NCBI GenBank assembly: GCA_041690595.1
Contig: JAWLHB010000040.1
Coordinates: 1 to 64,000 of the forward strand
Length of the DNA: 64,000 nt
Source of the DNA: Lentisphaeria bacterium
GTDB lineage: Bacteria > Verrucomicrobiota > Lentisphaeria > JABSQK01 > JAWLHB01
Reading direction: 5' to 3'
Position numbers and translations under genes: made by a program. Positions 47,639 to 57,943 of the stretch are shown piece by piece (positions within the stretch are counted from its first letter, which is position 1; every line of letters starts with the position of its first letter). Under the pieces are notes generated by a model. That model saw nothing but the letters and a program-made list of their open reading frames with translations, searched no databases and was not told where the DNA came from.

Positions 47639-48109
47639 CTATTTCGGCAGGATGATGATGATGAAGACCATCACGAAGAGGGCGACGGTCTCGATAACAC
47701 CGAGGACGAGGAGGTTGTTGGTGAAGCCCTTGCCGGTTTCGGCGAAGGCGTCACAGGCACCGGCGGCGGCGCGTCCCTGCATCCAGGCGGAGACGCCCAT
47801 GGCGATACCGCCAAAGAGGCCGGCGAAGGCGAGGAAGGCCCAGTTGGCAGCGAGTGCGGTGGGCTCCATGGCCTTGGCGCTGTTGTTGAGGAGAAGCATG
47901 AGGATCATGCCGTAAATGGTCTGCGAGAGCGGTGCGCCGACAAAGACGGCGAGCTGAAAAGGAGCAGGCTTGTTCTGAATGAAGCAGCGCTTCCATGCGC
48001 CTACTGCCGCGGCGCCGGCGGCGCCTGTTCCAAGTGCCGAGCCGATAGCCGCCATCGACACGGCTGCCACTCCACCAACCAATCCCAATGCTGTAAGTGC
48101 TGAATCCAT
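47639..48109 (-). CDS. atpK: V/A-type ATP synthase subunit K (c, double hairpin)
   Basis: Four TM helices, PLSQTIYG, WMQG, VIET. Last gene of the operon. Confidence 0.9.
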   Translation of the reverse strand: MDSALTALGLVGGVAAVSMAAIGSALGTGAAGAAAVGAWKRCFIQNKPAPFQLAVFVGAPLSQTIYGMILMLLLNNSAKAMEPTALAANWAFLAFAGLFGGIAMGVSAWMQGRAAAGACDAFAETGKGFTNNLLVLGVIETVALFVMVFIIIILPK

Positions 48110-48167
48110 CTCCGTACCATCCCTTTAGTGAGGGCCGCGCCAATGCGGGCGTCCCAGGTTGAATTGA

Positions 48168-50021
48168 TTATGACTGAACAATCTTGTCTTTGAGACGACG
48201 AGCGAAGGGTCGGAAGGGAATCCCCTTCCACTCCAGGCCCATGTGCCCGGAGAACTCCAGCGTGTTGAGGCGAATGCCATGCACGAGGACGCCCAGGAGG
48301 CACAACGCAATGTTGAGCGTATGCCCGAAAAGAATGATGAGGATGGCGCCGACCGCGGCAACCCCGTTGAAGCCGACCTGCTCCACCGCTATCAGATTGA
48401 AGCTGTTGGCCACGTAGAAGGAGGAAAGCCCTACCGCGAAAAGGCGGATGTAGGAAACCACGTCGACAAAGCTGTTGACGCTGTTGCCGAGCACTTCCCC
48501 GACCCCCTTGCCGATGCCGGACAAGGCATTCCGGCTCGGATTGGAAAAGGCCACGACCAGAAGAACGGCGACCACGTACATGGTGATCAGCGCTGACCCC
48601 GGCATGACAAAGGGGGCACCATCCACGTTCGGTCCGCCGTTTGGCGCGACCATCAGGGCGGCAAGGAGGAAGTTGGCCCAGACGAAGAGCAGCCAGCCGA
48701 CCTGGCTGATGGCTCGCACGCTGTTGATGACCAGCAGTGCCTTCCACGCATGCGCGATGCTCAAGTGAACCGCGCCAAGCAGAAAACAGATGAACATGAT
48801 CCGCTCATTTTTGAGGTCCTCCGGCGCGTTGAACCAGTCGAACAGCGCGGGTGTCGTGACGCCGAGATTCGGCGCCAGGCCAAAATAACTGCCGGTCACC
48901 ACGCCCCAGACGATGGTGGCGATACTGAAGACGATGACGAGATTGAGCTGGGTACGGAACTTCGCGCCGAATTTGATGCGGGCGACGACCGCGCCAGCCA
49001 GGAAGAGGGTACCGTAGCCGGCATCACCAAAGATCATGGCAAAGAAGATGGTGAGGAATACGAGAAACCAGGCACTGATATCGAATTCATCGTAACCCGG
49101 ACGAATTCCGACGAAGTCGAAGATCGGCTTGGCGATGTCCAGCCACCTGGGGACGGTGACGAGGGTGGGAACCCTGGGATCTTCCGGGTCGGCGTCGTGC
49201 AGTTGCAGCGCCCAGCCATTGATGTGGGCCGCGTTGCGGAGACCGGCTTCGTGCTTGGCGGGAACAAAGGCGTGAACCATGGCCAGCGCCCCCTCGGTCC
49301 CCATGCTGTCGTGGGCTTCGAGGAATTCGACTTCTTCGCGGACCAGTTCGGCTTCGCGTTCGACGCTTGGCAGGAAGATGCTCAGGCGGCGCAGTTCGCG
49401 CTCCGCGGCAGCAACGGCGTCACGCGCTTTCGCCATCTTCTCCTGAATGTCCTGCATGCTGACGTCGAGCGGTACCTGTACGGTGGGCCATGCATTGGGA
49501 TCGAGCTGGCGGTCGGAGATGACGATGTAGTTGACGAGGCCGCGCTCGCTGCTGATGATGCGCAGGATGGCGCCTTCTGGCGGCATCGGCACTTGCGCTT
49601 CCTGGGCCTCGCAGAAGAGGACGGACATGCCGCTCTCGCGAAGCTGTTCGATCAGCTCTGGATCGAAGTCGCCCCAAGGCTTGAGGTTTTCCTCGGCCCG
49701 GCGCCAGTGCTCATATTCCTCACGCTTGCGCTCCAGCTGAATGGTCAACTGAAAGACGCGCTGACTCATGGCATCAGGCTTGAGGGAGAGGGTCTGTTCG
49801 CTGTAGTCGAATTCGTCCTTGTTCGCCTGCCGGGCGACCAGGGCGCGAATGGCTTCATCGAGTTCCTCGAGGTGCTTGCGCTGATGGGCAAGCCGTTCGG
49901 ACTCCATGGCGCGTGATTCCGCGGTCAGGTGCATGATCTCCAGTTCGCGCAGCTCCTTGAGCGCGCGCTCCTGATCACTGACGAGGCAGACCAGATCAAC
50001 TTCGAGCATCCGTTCAATCAT
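48168..50021 (-). CDS. atpI: V/A-type ATP synthase subunit I (a)
   Basis: PGYDEFD, FGDAGYG, DVVSYIRLFAVGL, VHGIRLNTLEF. Confidence 0.93.
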   Translation of the reverse strand: MIERMLEVDLVCLVSDQERALKELRELEIMHLTAESRAMESERLAHQRKHLEELDEAIRALVARQANKDEFDYSEQTLSLKPDAMSQRVFQLTIQLERKREEYEHWRRAEENLKPWGDFDPELIEQLRESGMSVLFCEAQEAQVPMPPEGAILRIISSERGLVNYIVISDRQLDPNAWPTVQVPLDVSMQDIQEKMAKARDAVAAAERELRRLSIFLPSVEREAELVREEVEFLEAHDSMGTEGALAMVHAFVPAKHEAGLRNAAHINGWALQLHDADPEDPRVPTLVTVPRWLDIAKPIFDFVGIRPGYDEFDISAWFLVFLTIFFAMIFGDAGYGTLFLAGAVVARIKFGAKFRTQLNLVIVFSIATIVWGVVTGSYFGLAPNLGVTTPALFDWFNAPEDLKNERIMFICFLLGAVHLSIAHAWKALLVINSVRAISQVGWLLFVWANFLLAALMVAPNGGPNVDGAPFVMPGSALITMYVVAVLLVVAFSNPSRNALSGIGKGVGEVLGNSVNSFVDVVSYIRLFAVGLSSFYVANSFNLIAVEQVGFNGVAAVGAILIILFGHTLNIALCLLGVLVHGIRLNTLEFSGHMGLEWKGIPFRPFARRLKDKIVQS

Positions 50022-50662
50022 TGCTCAACTGCCTCCATCTTCTGTGCGCTGGGGGTTTCATCAGCTGTTCCCGTGAGCTTTGACTTGGCAATCTTGGCCC
50101 TGCCGACGGCGGCAGTCTCCTGGTCGCCCAGATAGATACGGATGGTGCGGATGTTTTCCTTGGCGGCGGGAATCTTCACCTTCTCGAAGAGGTTGACGCG
50201 CTGCGTGGTGGTGCGCAGTTCCTCGCGCAGCAGGCTCATCTGGAGTTGCAGAACCCGGCCGCGCACCTGCAGCATGATCCGCTTCTGCACGGCGAGGAGC
50301 CCTTCATCGAACCAGGCGGGCGTGGAGAAAAGATCGTACTGGACCTCTTTGAAGCGCACATGGTCGAAGACGGGAATGTCCACGCCGGCAATGTTACGGG
50401 TCTCCGTCGCGATACTCTCCACTTCCACCAGCGGCGGGATCATCTGGAATTCCTCGGAACTCATCAGGTGAATCCACGGCTCCAGCTTCTGGTTGTACTC
50501 TTCTTCCTCGCGCAGGTGCTGGTTGAATTCTTCGGATACGCGAAGAATCTCCATCTGCAGTTGCTGCTTCTTGAGCTGCAACGTCGGGAGGAAGCGGGTA
50601 AAGCGCTTGAGGTCATCGCGCTGCCGCTTGAGTTCGGTCTTGGTCAGTTTGATCTTGGCCAT
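50018..50662 (-). CDS. atpD: V/A-type ATP synthase subunit D
   Basis: LTKTELK..LPTLQLKK, TTQRVNLFEKVKIP. Confidence 0.93.
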   Translation of the reverse strand: MAKIKLTKTELKRQRDDLKRFTRFLPTLQLKKQQLQMEILRVSEEFNQHLREEEEYNQKLEPWIHLMSSEEFQMIPPLVEVESIATETRNIAGVDIPVFDHVRFKEVQYDLFSTPAWFDEGLLAVQKRIMLQVRGRVLQLQMSLLREELRTTTQRVNLFEKVKIPAAKENIRTIRIYLGDQETAAVGRAKIAKSKLTGTADETPSAQKMEAVEQ

Positions 50663-50696
50663 GTGAGTGGGCTCGGCGTTGTGGAACGTGCGACGA

Positions 50697-52010
50697 TCAG
50701 CCGCTGACGACTTGGGTGGTTTGTGGCCAGAATGCCTTGATGAGGCCAGTCTTGATGCCGGTCTCGCTGGGGTCGAAGCATTCGGCGAGGGTCTGCCAGC
50801 CGAGATCGAGAGCTTCTTCGAGCGGGATATTGACGGAGAGGTCCATCATCCGTGCCTCGAAGAGATCGCCATAGCGGAGCAGCTTCTGATCCCATTCGCT
50901 CATGCGGAAGCCCATGGACTGCTTTTCGCGAGTCTCGCGGCAGTCAGCATAGAGCCGGATAAGGGTATCCATGATCGAGCGATGGTCGTCGCGGGTAGTA
51001 TCGTTGACCAGCTGCTTGAGTCGGCTGAGTGAGCCGAAGGGCTCGATACGGCCACCGCGCAGGTAGAACTGCCCTTCGGTGATGTAGCCGGTATTGTCGG
51101 GGACGGGGTGCGTCACATCGTCACCCGGCATGGTCGTGACGGCGAGGATGGTGATCGAACCGGCGCCTTCGAAGTCGACCGCCTTTTCATAGCGGCTGGC
51201 AAGCTGAGAATAGAGATCGCCCGGATAGCCGCGATTGGAGGGGATCTGCTCCATGGTGATGGCGATTTCCTTCATGGAATCGGCAAAATTCGTCATGTCC
51301 GTAAGGAGCGCGAGCACCTTCTTGCCGGCGACCGCGTAGGATTCGGCCACGGCGAGGGCAATATCGGGCACGAGGAGGCATTCGACCACGGGATCGGAGG
51401 CGGTGTGGATGAAGAGAATGGAGCGCGACAGGGCGCCCTGCTCTTCCAGCGTCTCGCGGAAGAAGAGGTAGTCGTCGTGCTTCAAGCCCATGCCGCCGAT
51501 GACAATGACATCGACTTCCGCCTGCATGGCGATGCGGGCGAGCAGCTCGTTATAGGGCTCGCCCGGGATCGAGAAGATGGGTAGCTTCTGGCTTTCGACG
51601 AGGGTGTTGAAGACGTCGATCATCGGGATGCCCGTGCGGATCATGTTGCGGGGGATGATACGCCGGGAGGGATTGACCGAGGGACCGCCGATCTCGATCA
51701 GGTTCTCGTCGATGGCGGGGCCATTGTCGCGGGGGCGGCCGCTGCCGTCGAAGACGCGCCCGAGAAGCTTTTCGGAGGCGGAGATCTGCATCTGGCGGCC
51801 AAGGAAGCGGACTTCGTCTGTCGTGGAGACACCGCGGCTGCCGGTGAAGACCTGCAGGTAGACCTGGTCACGGTTGAGGCGGATCACCTGAGCGAGGGAG
51901 GTGCCGCGCGAACTGCGCACTTCGGCAAGCTCGTTGTAGGCGATGCCGCTGGCCTCGACCATGATGACGTTGCCGGAGATTTGCAGGATTCGATGGTAAA
52001 CCTTACGCAT
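50697..52010 (-). CDS. atpB: V/A-type ATP synthase subunit B
   Basis: [39 protein letters not shown]. Confidence 0.95.
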   Translation of the reverse strand: MRKVYHRILQISGNVIMVEASGIAYNELAEVRSSRGTSLAQVIRLNRDQVYLQVFTGSRGVSTTDEVRFLGRQMQISASEKLLGRVFDGSGRPRDNGPAIDENLIEIGGPSVNPSRRIIPRNMIRTGIPMIDVFNTLVESQKLPIFSIPGEPYNELLARIAMQAEVDVIVIGGMGLKHDDYLFFRETLEEQGALSRSILFIHTASDPVVECLLVPDIALAVAESYAVAGKKVLALLTDMTNFADSMKEIAITMEQIPSNRGYPGDLYSQLASRYEKAVDFEGAGSITILAVTTMPGDDVTHPVPDNTGYITEGQFYLRGGRIEPFGSLSRLKQLVNDTTRDDHRSIMDTLIRLYADCRETREKQSMGFRMSEWDQKLLRYGDLFEARMMDLSVNIPLEEALDLGWQTLAECFDPSETGIKTGLIKAFWPQTTQVVSG

Positions 52011-53736
52011 TGATCATCTCCGCGAGTTGCTTGTCGATTTCATTTTCCTGGGCGGCGTACTCGTCGGTATCTTCGGCCAGGTAATTCCAGTCGATGAAGA
52101 GCTGCCTGAGGTTGTTGAAACCACGACGCGCTTCACCTTTGTCGGTAAAGGAATGGGTACTGCTGAGAACGGCATGAACTTTGCTGAAGACGTGCTGCTG
52201 CCGCTCCCTGGAGCAGGCGGCGTCGACCTTGTCGAAGGAGTTCTGCTGCAGGTAGACCGCATCGAGGAATTCGCCCTTGAGGTAGGTGATGAAATCGGCG
52301 ATGGAGGTACCTTCCTCACCGACGACCTTCATCATCTGGTCGACTTCATCGGCATTGCGCAGAATGTTTCTGGCGTACTCGAGCTTGGTCTTGTCGACGA
52401 CGCTGCCGTACTTGCTCCAGCTGTCGAGCGGGTCGATGGCGGGATAGCGTCTGGCGTTGGCGCGATCGCGGGAGAGTCCGAGGAAGCATCCGACGACCTT
52501 GAGGGTGGCCTGGGTGACGGGCTCCTCGAAGTTGCCGCCGGCGGGACTGACGGAGCCGCCGATGGTGATCGAGCCGTACTTGCCATTGTTGAGTTCGACC
52601 AGTCCGGCGCGCTCATAGAAGGAGGCAATGACGGATTCGAGATAGGCGGGGAAGGCTTCTTCACCGGGGATCTCTTCGAGGCGCCCGGACATCTCGCGCA
52701 ATGCCTGTGCCCAGCGGGAGGTAGAGTCGGCCAGGAGGAGGGTGTTGAGCCCCATCTGCCGGTAGTATTCGGCGAGGGTCACGGCGGTGTAGACGGACGC
52801 TTCGCGGGCCGCCACCGGCATGGAGGAGGTATTGCAGATGATGATGGTACGGTCCATCAGCGACTTGCCGGTACGGGGGTCATTGAGGTGGGGGAATTCG
52901 CGGAGGATTTCCACCACTTCACCGGCGCGTTCACCGCAGGCGGCAACAATGACAATGTCGACCTCGGAATACTGGCTGAGGGCATGCTGCAGAACCGTCT
53001 TGCCCGAGCCGAAGGGGCCAGGTGTACAGAAGGTGCCGCCCTTGGCAACCGGGAAGAAGGAGTCGAGGATGCGCATCTGGGTAACGAGCGGCTCGCGGGG
53101 GATGCGCTTCTGGCGATAGGCGAGAATGGGGATCTTGACGGGCCAGCTCTGCACCATGGTGCACTGGCGCTCGTCTCCGCGCTCGTTCACCATCTTGGCG
53201 ACAACGGTGTCGATGTTGTGATCGCCAGCTTCGAGGAGCCAGGTGATCTTCCAGCTGCCCTGCCATCCGAAGGGGACGGCGACGAAGTGGTCGAAGATGC
53301 CTTCGGGAACCTTGCCGAGGAAATCGCCGGCATTGACCGAGTCACCGACGGCGGCAACGGGGCTCCATGCCCACAGCTTGCGGCGGTCGAGAGGATCCAT
53401 GTAGAGACCGCGCTTGAGGAAGAAGCCGGCCGTTTCGGCGATATCGTTGAGGGGGTTCTGGAGGCCGTCGTAAACGTGGGTGAGCAACCCCGGGCCGAGT
53501 TCCACGGAGAGCAGCTCGCCGGTGAATTCCACCTGATCGCCAACCAGCAGCCCCTTGGCGTCTTCAAAAATCTGCAGGTCGGCGGTGTTGCCGCGCACCC
53601 GAATCACTTCGCACTTGAGGCGCTCGTCTCCGTTGAGCACATAGGCCACCTCGTTCTGCATGACCCGCTGCTCAAACTCGACACTGACCATATTGCCGTT
53701 GATGCCGGCAATTTTTCCCGTACTACGAGTTGGCAT
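52003..53736 (-). CDS. atpA: V/A-type ATP synthase subunit A (catalytic)
   Basis: [40 protein letters not shown]. Confidence 0.96.
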   Translation of the reverse strand: MPTRSTGKIAGINGNMVSVEFEQRVMQNEVAYVLNGDERLKCEVIRVRGNTADLQIFEDAKGLLVGDQVEFTGELLSVELGPGLLTHVYDGLQNPLNDIAETAGFFLKRGLYMDPLDRRKLWAWSPVAAVGDSVNAGDFLGKVPEGIFDHFVAVPFGWQGSWKITWLLEAGDHNIDTVVAKMVNERGDERQCTMVQSWPVKIPILAYRQKRIPREPLVTQMRILDSFFPVAKGGTFCTPGPFGSGKTVLQHALSQYSEVDIVIVAACGERAGEVVEILREFPHLNDPRTGKSLMDRTIIICNTSSMPVAAREASVYTAVTLAEYYRQMGLNTLLLADSTSRWAQALREMSGRLEEIPGEEAFPAYLESVIASFYERAGLVELNNGKYGSITIGGSVSPAGGNFEEPVTQATLKVVGCFLGLSRDRANARRYPAIDPLDSWSKYGSVVDKTKLEYARNILRNADEVDQMMKVVGEEGTSIADFITYLKGEFLDAVYLQQNSFDKVDAACSRERQQHVFSKVHAVLSSTHSFTDKGEARRGFNNLRQLFIDWNYLAEDTDEYAAQENEIDKQLAEMINA

Positions 53737-53738
53737 AT

Positions 53739-54287
53739 TTATGCTCCCGAGAGATCAAGTTCAGGTAGTTTGCTTTGCACCACATTCTCCAGCTCCTGGC
53801 GTCCGCGCTCAGTGTCGAGATCGGCCCATTTTTCCAGAAGGATGAGCTTGATGTGGTAAAGGATGAGGAATTCGAAATCGAACTGGTGACCGACCTCGAG
53901 GTCATTTAGTTTCTGCCAGCGGAGTCGATCGAGCGCCAGCCGCTCTTCAGCGGGATTATTGCCGTCGAACGCTTCCATGACCTGCTTCTCGAGGTTGGCG
54001 AAGCTGTCGGTATTTGGCCTCAGGTCGTCATCGGGGTGCTGATCCCGGCGAATGGCTCTGAGCCTCACGAAGACATTGCGGAGGAAGGTTTCCCAGGCAT
54101 TCCAGCGGGCCTCGACTTCACAGCAGGCATTTTCGCGCGGCACGCGATCGATACCGGCAAGCTGCTGGTAGAGATCCTCCGGCAGATGCGCTTCGCATTG
54201 CCGCAGGAACTCGATTCTGCTGATCGGCGGCGGCGCGTTGAATTTCAGGAAGGGTAATGAGCTGACGAAGTAATAAAAGGCAGCCAC
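53739..54287 (-). CDS. DUF2764-family V-ATPase-associated protein (subunit C/d-like)
   Basis: YYFVSSLP N-terminus. Lies between subunits E and A. Confidence 0.8.
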   Translation of the reverse strand: MAAFYYFVSSLPFLKFNAPPPISRIEFLRQCEAHLPEDLYQQLAGIDRVPRENACCEVEARWNAWETFLRNVFVRLRAIRRDQHPDDDLRPNTDSFANLEKQVMEAFDGNNPAEERLALDRLRWQKLNDLEVGHQFDFEFLILYHIKLILLEKWADLDTERGRQELENVVQSKLPELDLSGA

Positions 54288-54290
54288 CGG

Positions 54291-54908
54291 TCAGGATCCT
54301 TTTTCGCCTCTGAGCATCGCCACGAGATGCGGGTTGGCGTAGGCGCAGAGCATCTCGGTGATGGCATCATCGGTGAAGTCATGGAAGACGCTTTCGCCAT
54401 TGAAGGAGACTTGAATGCCGGCATCGATGCCGGGGACGGGTTGGATCGTGACGCCCTTGCTGAAATGGCTGGCGAGTTCGGCTTTCAGGTAGTCCTGCAG
54501 CTCGTCCTGCCTGGCCCGCGGGATGAGGACATCGGCACTGGCGACCGCGCCTTTCTGGCCGGCATAAGCCTGTGCCATGGCGATGATGAGTTCCGCCAGA
54601 AAGTCAGGCTTCATCGTGGTGGTGACGGAACGGCGGACCAGGTGCTGAAGCATCTGCTTGATTTCAGCTTCGAGGGAGATCTTGATATCGCGGGCGGACT
54701 GGCGCAGCTTGTCCTCACCAGCATGGACCAGAGTGGCCTGCTCGCGCTTGGCGTCAGCAACGATGCGGGCAGCTTCGTCATTGGCGTCAGCGACAATCTT
54801 TGCAGCCTGCGACCTGGCGTCGGCGAGGATCTTGTCTTTGTGCGCTTCCGTTTTTTTGATGCCTTCCTCGTTGATTCGCTCGAGCAGGCCCTGAAGATCC
54901 TCGGCCAT
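54291..54908 (-). CDS. atpE: V/A-type ATP synthase subunit E
   Basis: LQGLLERINEEGI coiled coil, DFTDDAI. First gene of the operon. Start at 54908 or 54920. Confidence 0.85.
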   Translation of the reverse strand: MAEDLQGLLERINEEGIKKTEAHKDKILADARSQAAKIVADANDEAARIVADAKREQATLVHAGEDKLRQSARDIKISLEAEIKQMLQHLVRRSVTTTMKPDFLAELIIAMAQAYAGQKGAVASADVLIPRARQDELQDYLKAELASHFSKGVTIQPVPGIDAGIQVSFNGESVFHDFTDDAITEMLCAYANPHLVAMLRGEKGS

Positions 54909-54990
54909 GATGTGCGCCATCCTTGTGGGAAAATCGGTTGAGAGAGGCCGCTGAATGGAGCGGCAGGAGTTCGGGAAAATGAAAGCCCCT

Positions 54991-55019
54991 ACCCTATGCC
55001 ATGAGCAGGTGCTTGTCAA
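54991..55019 (-). promoter_or_regulatory. Candidate sigma70 promoter for the V-ATPase operon
   Basis: Minus-strand TTGACA-N17-TAGGGT. Confidence 0.6.
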
Positions 55020-55122
55020 TTGCGGATATCGCAATTCGCTAAGAACTTCACGATTTAATGCTGGCGGCGCGGAATGAAGGCCGGGAGAGTGGTGCCACGG
55101 CAGGGACGGCAGGGCGTATGGC

Positions 55123-55151
55123 TTGTCATTATAGAGGCGCGGCCTTATCTT
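55123..55151 (+). promoter_or_regulatory. Candidate sigma70 promoter for the 55195 operon
   Basis: TTGTCA-N17-TATCTT. Confidence 0.5.
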
Positions 55152-55194
55152 ACCCTATTGATCATGTGGGGAGCGCGTACCAAGGGAGAGCACC

Positions 55195-56895
55195 ATGAAG
55201 AGGCAACAAACGCTGACACTGCATGAGCAGGTGGCACGCTTCTCCCGACGCCAGCGCCTGGCAGCCTCCCTGAAGCAGCTGCAACTGCTCCTTTTCAGTG
55301 CTTGCGTGGTGGCAGTGGCGGTGGTGCTGGTTGACCGGCTGGTCTATCTCAAGGTGGATGAGGTGGTCATGGGGCTGAGCCTGGCCGGTATCGTGGCGGC
55401 AGTGTGGCTCATTCAGTTGCTTTTGCGGCGCCGGAGCGCCCGGGAGATCGTCTACCGGATCGATGCCGCGGCGGGGTTGAAGAATCTGGTGGGGACCGGG
55501 CTGGAGTTGCAGGATCATACGGGTGAGGTCGCCGAGAAGCTGCGGCAGCGTGCGCTGGCGGCCATCGCGGCGCAGAAGCCGTCGCGAGTATTTCCGGTGC
55601 AGTTGCACTGGACGGGCAAATACCTGGCGCCGGCGGTAGTGGTGCTGGTCGGCTTGCTGCTGTGGATGCCGAGCCTTGACCTTCGGGGGCGCGAAGCCGC
55701 GGAGTTGTACAAGGAGGCGGAAGAGAGTCTGGTGCAGCGTAGCGCCATGAAGCTCAAGGAGAAGGTGGAGTTGATCCATCAGCAGGAGTATGTGGCTGAC
55801 AGCATTGCCGCCCGGCAGATCACCGACGACCTGAAGCAACTGTCGGAGAAGCTGGACCAGTTAAGCAAGCGTGAAGCCATGATGGAGATCGGCGAGTTCG
55901 AGCAGAAGTACCGCGATGATTTCTCCATGGCGAATGATTTCGAGCGTTTCGCCAAGAGTCTGGAGAAGGAATTTGACGAGACCCGGATGACGGAGCAGAG
56001 CAAGGAGGAGCTGCGCAGCCTCCTGGACAGCTTGCGGAAGGGGGATTACCGGCGTGCGGCGGAGGCGATGCGCGAATTGTCCGAACAGCTGCGTAACGAG
56101 GACTTATCCCCCGAAGAGAAGCAGGCGCTGAGCCGCGAGATGCAGAAGCTGGCGGAGAAGATGCCGGCAAGCAAGGCGAGCGAAGAGCTGGCCCAGAAGC
56201 TTCGCGAGATGCAGCAGGACGGGGGCGCCAAAGGAGAGACGGGCGAGGGCAAGAGCAGCTCGGACCTGATGGATGAGCTGGCACAGCAACTGGACGAAAT
56301 GGACGCCGTGAAGCAGATGGAAGAGGGGCTCGCCAGCGCCAAGCAGGAGATGGTGGGCGACTCCTGGAAGAATTTTGAGGAGAAGAGCGGCGAGGATTAC
56401 ATGCGGAATCAGGCCAGCCTCGGCGAAAGCGGAGAGCGGGCGCCTTTCGATCCAGGCAATCAGGGTCAGGGCCAGGGTCAAGGCCAGGGTCAGGGTCAGG
56501 GTCAAGGTCAAGGTCAGGGTCAAGGTCAAGGTCAGGGTCAGGGTCAAGGTCAAGGTCAAGGTCAGGGCCAGGGCCAGGGTCAGGGTCAGGGCCAGGGCCA
56601 GGGCCAAGGAACTGGCGGTGCGGGACAGGGAGCTGGCGGGACGCCTGAAGAGAAGAAGACGGCGACGAGCTTCAAGGCGACGCAGGCGGAAAGCAAGATT
56701 GACAAGGGCAAGATTCTGCATCAGTATGAGGTGTATGGGGTGCCGGAAGCTGGTGAAGCACTGGACGAGTACTCCAGCGCCATCCAGTCCGCCCGCCAGG
56801 AAGCCACGGGTTCTCTGGCGCGCAACAAGGTGCCGCGCGAATACGAGGAAATGGTCAAACAGTACTTCGACACATTGGAACCAGAAGGGAAATGA
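55195..56895 (+). CDS. Membrane-anchored coiled-coil protein with (QG)25 tract (DUF4175-like architecture)
   Basis: Three N-terminal TM helices, long E/K/Q coiled coil, QG repeat, C-terminal VPREYEEMVKQYF. Confidence 0.75.
   Translation: MKRQQTLTLHEQVARFSRRQRLAASLKQLQLLLFSACVVAVAVVLVDRLVYLKVDEVVMGLSLAGIVAAVWLIQLLLRRRSAREIVYRIDAAAGLKNLVGTGLELQDHTGEVAEKLRQRALAAIAAQKPSRVFPVQLHWTGKYLAPAVVVLVGLLLWMPSLDLRGREAAELYKEAEESLVQRSAMKLKEKVELIHQQEYVADSIAARQITDDLKQLSEKLDQLSKREAMMEIGEFEQKYRDDFSMANDFERFAKSLEKEFDETRMTEQSKEELRSLLDSLRKGDYRRAAEAMRELSEQLRNEDLSPEEKQALSREMQKLAEKMPASKASEELAQKLREMQQDGGAKGETGEGKSSSDLMDELAQQLDEMDAVKQMEEGLASAKQEMVGDSWKNFEEKSGEDYMRNQASLGESGERAPFDPGNQGQGQGQGQGQGQGQGQGQGQGQGQGQGQGQGQGQGQGQGQGQGQGQGQGTGGAGQGAGGTPEEKKTATSFKATQAESKIDKGKILHQYEVYGVPEAGEALDEYSSAIQSARQEATGSLARNKVPREYEEMVKQYFDTLEPEGK
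56461..56610 (+). repeat. Hexanucleotide tandem repeat CARGGN x25 encoding Gln-Gly
   Basis: 150 nt of CAGGGT/CAGGGC/CAAGGT/CAAGGC units (last unit CAAGGA). Confidence 0.97.
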
Positions 56896-57932
56896 GGATG
56901 AAGCATGGGTTGGGGGTGATGGTGGCACTGCTGGTGCTGACGCTGTCGTGCGCGCGGAATGACGTCCAGCAGGAGGCGAAGGAGGCGCGGGAGGTCGTGG
57001 TCTACACCGCGCTGGATCGCGGTTTCTCGGAGCCGATCCTGCAGCAGTTCGAGGCGGAAACAGGGATCAAGGTGCTTCCGCGCTATGATACGGAAGCGAC
57101 AAAGACGATCGGGCTGGTGAATGCGATCCGGGCGGAGAAGGGGCGGCCGCGATGCGATGTTTTCTGGAACAACGAGATCGTCAATACGATTCGTTTGAAG
57201 CGGGAAGGGCTGTTGGCAGCCTATGCACCGGAAGCGGCGGGCTCCTTTCCAGCGACCTTCCGGGACCCAGACGCTTACTGGACCGGTTTCGCCGCTCGCG
57301 CGCGCGTTTTTCTGGTGAATACCGACCTGGTTCCGGAAGGTGAAGAGCCACGACACTTGACGGATATGGCGGATCCGAAGTGGAAAGGCAAGGTGGGCAT
57401 CGCCAAACCGCTCTTCGGGACGACCGCCAGCCATATGGCCTGCCTCTATGCCAGTTGGGGCGCGGCACGGACGCAGGAATTTCTGAACCAGTTGAAAGCG
57501 AACGAGGTGAGCATCGAAGCCAGCAATAAGCAGGTAGCTCTGAGCGTCGCCGCCGGTCGGCTGGCCTTCTGCATAACCGATACGGACGATGCCATCATCG
57601 AAGTGGAAGCAGGTCGGCCGGTGAAGATTGTCTACATGGATGCCGAACCGGATGAGTTGGGGACGCTCTTCATCCCGAATACGCTGGCACTGGTTGCCGA
57701 CAGCCCCAATCCGGAAGCAGGCAAGCTGCTGATCGAGTACCTGCTTTCGCCGCCGGTGGAAGAAGCGCTGGCGAAGGCCGCATCGGCCCAGATCCCGCTG
57801 AATCCCATGGTGGAGACGAAAACACGGGTGAAAACACCGAAAGAGGTGAAGGCGATGGAGGTCGACTTCAACCAGGCGGCGGCGGCCTTCGACGATGCGG
57901 CCAAGTACGTGGAAGCCTTCTTCCTGGAGTGA
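56892..57932 (+). CDS. ABC solute-binding lipoprotein, FbpA/FutA-like
   Basis: Lipobox-like LTLSC, VVVYT..FEAETGIKV, DVFW, DPKWKGK, FIPNT. ATGA overlap with the upstream stop. Confidence 0.82.
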   Translation: MRMKHGLGVMVALLVLTLSCARNDVQQEAKEAREVVVYTALDRGFSEPILQQFEAETGIKVLPRYDTEATKTIGLVNAIRAEKGRPRCDVFWNNEIVNTIRLKREGLLAAYAPEAAGSFPATFRDPDAYWTGFAARARVFLVNTDLVPEGEEPRHLTDMADPKWKGKVGIAKPLFGTTASHMACLYASWGAARTQEFLNQLKANEVSIEASNKQVALSVAAGRLAFCITDTDDAIIEVEAGRPVKIVYMDAEPDELGTLFIPNTLALVADSPNPEAGKLLIEYLLSPPVEEALAKAASAQIPLNPMVETKTRVKTPKEVKAMEVDFNQAAAAFDDAAKYVEAFFLE

Positions 57933-57943
57933 AAGGCCGCGGC

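Noticed and set aside
56104..56962. Alternate-frame LT/LA and VR/VK repeat ORFs
   Set aside because: By-products of the QG hexamer repeat.
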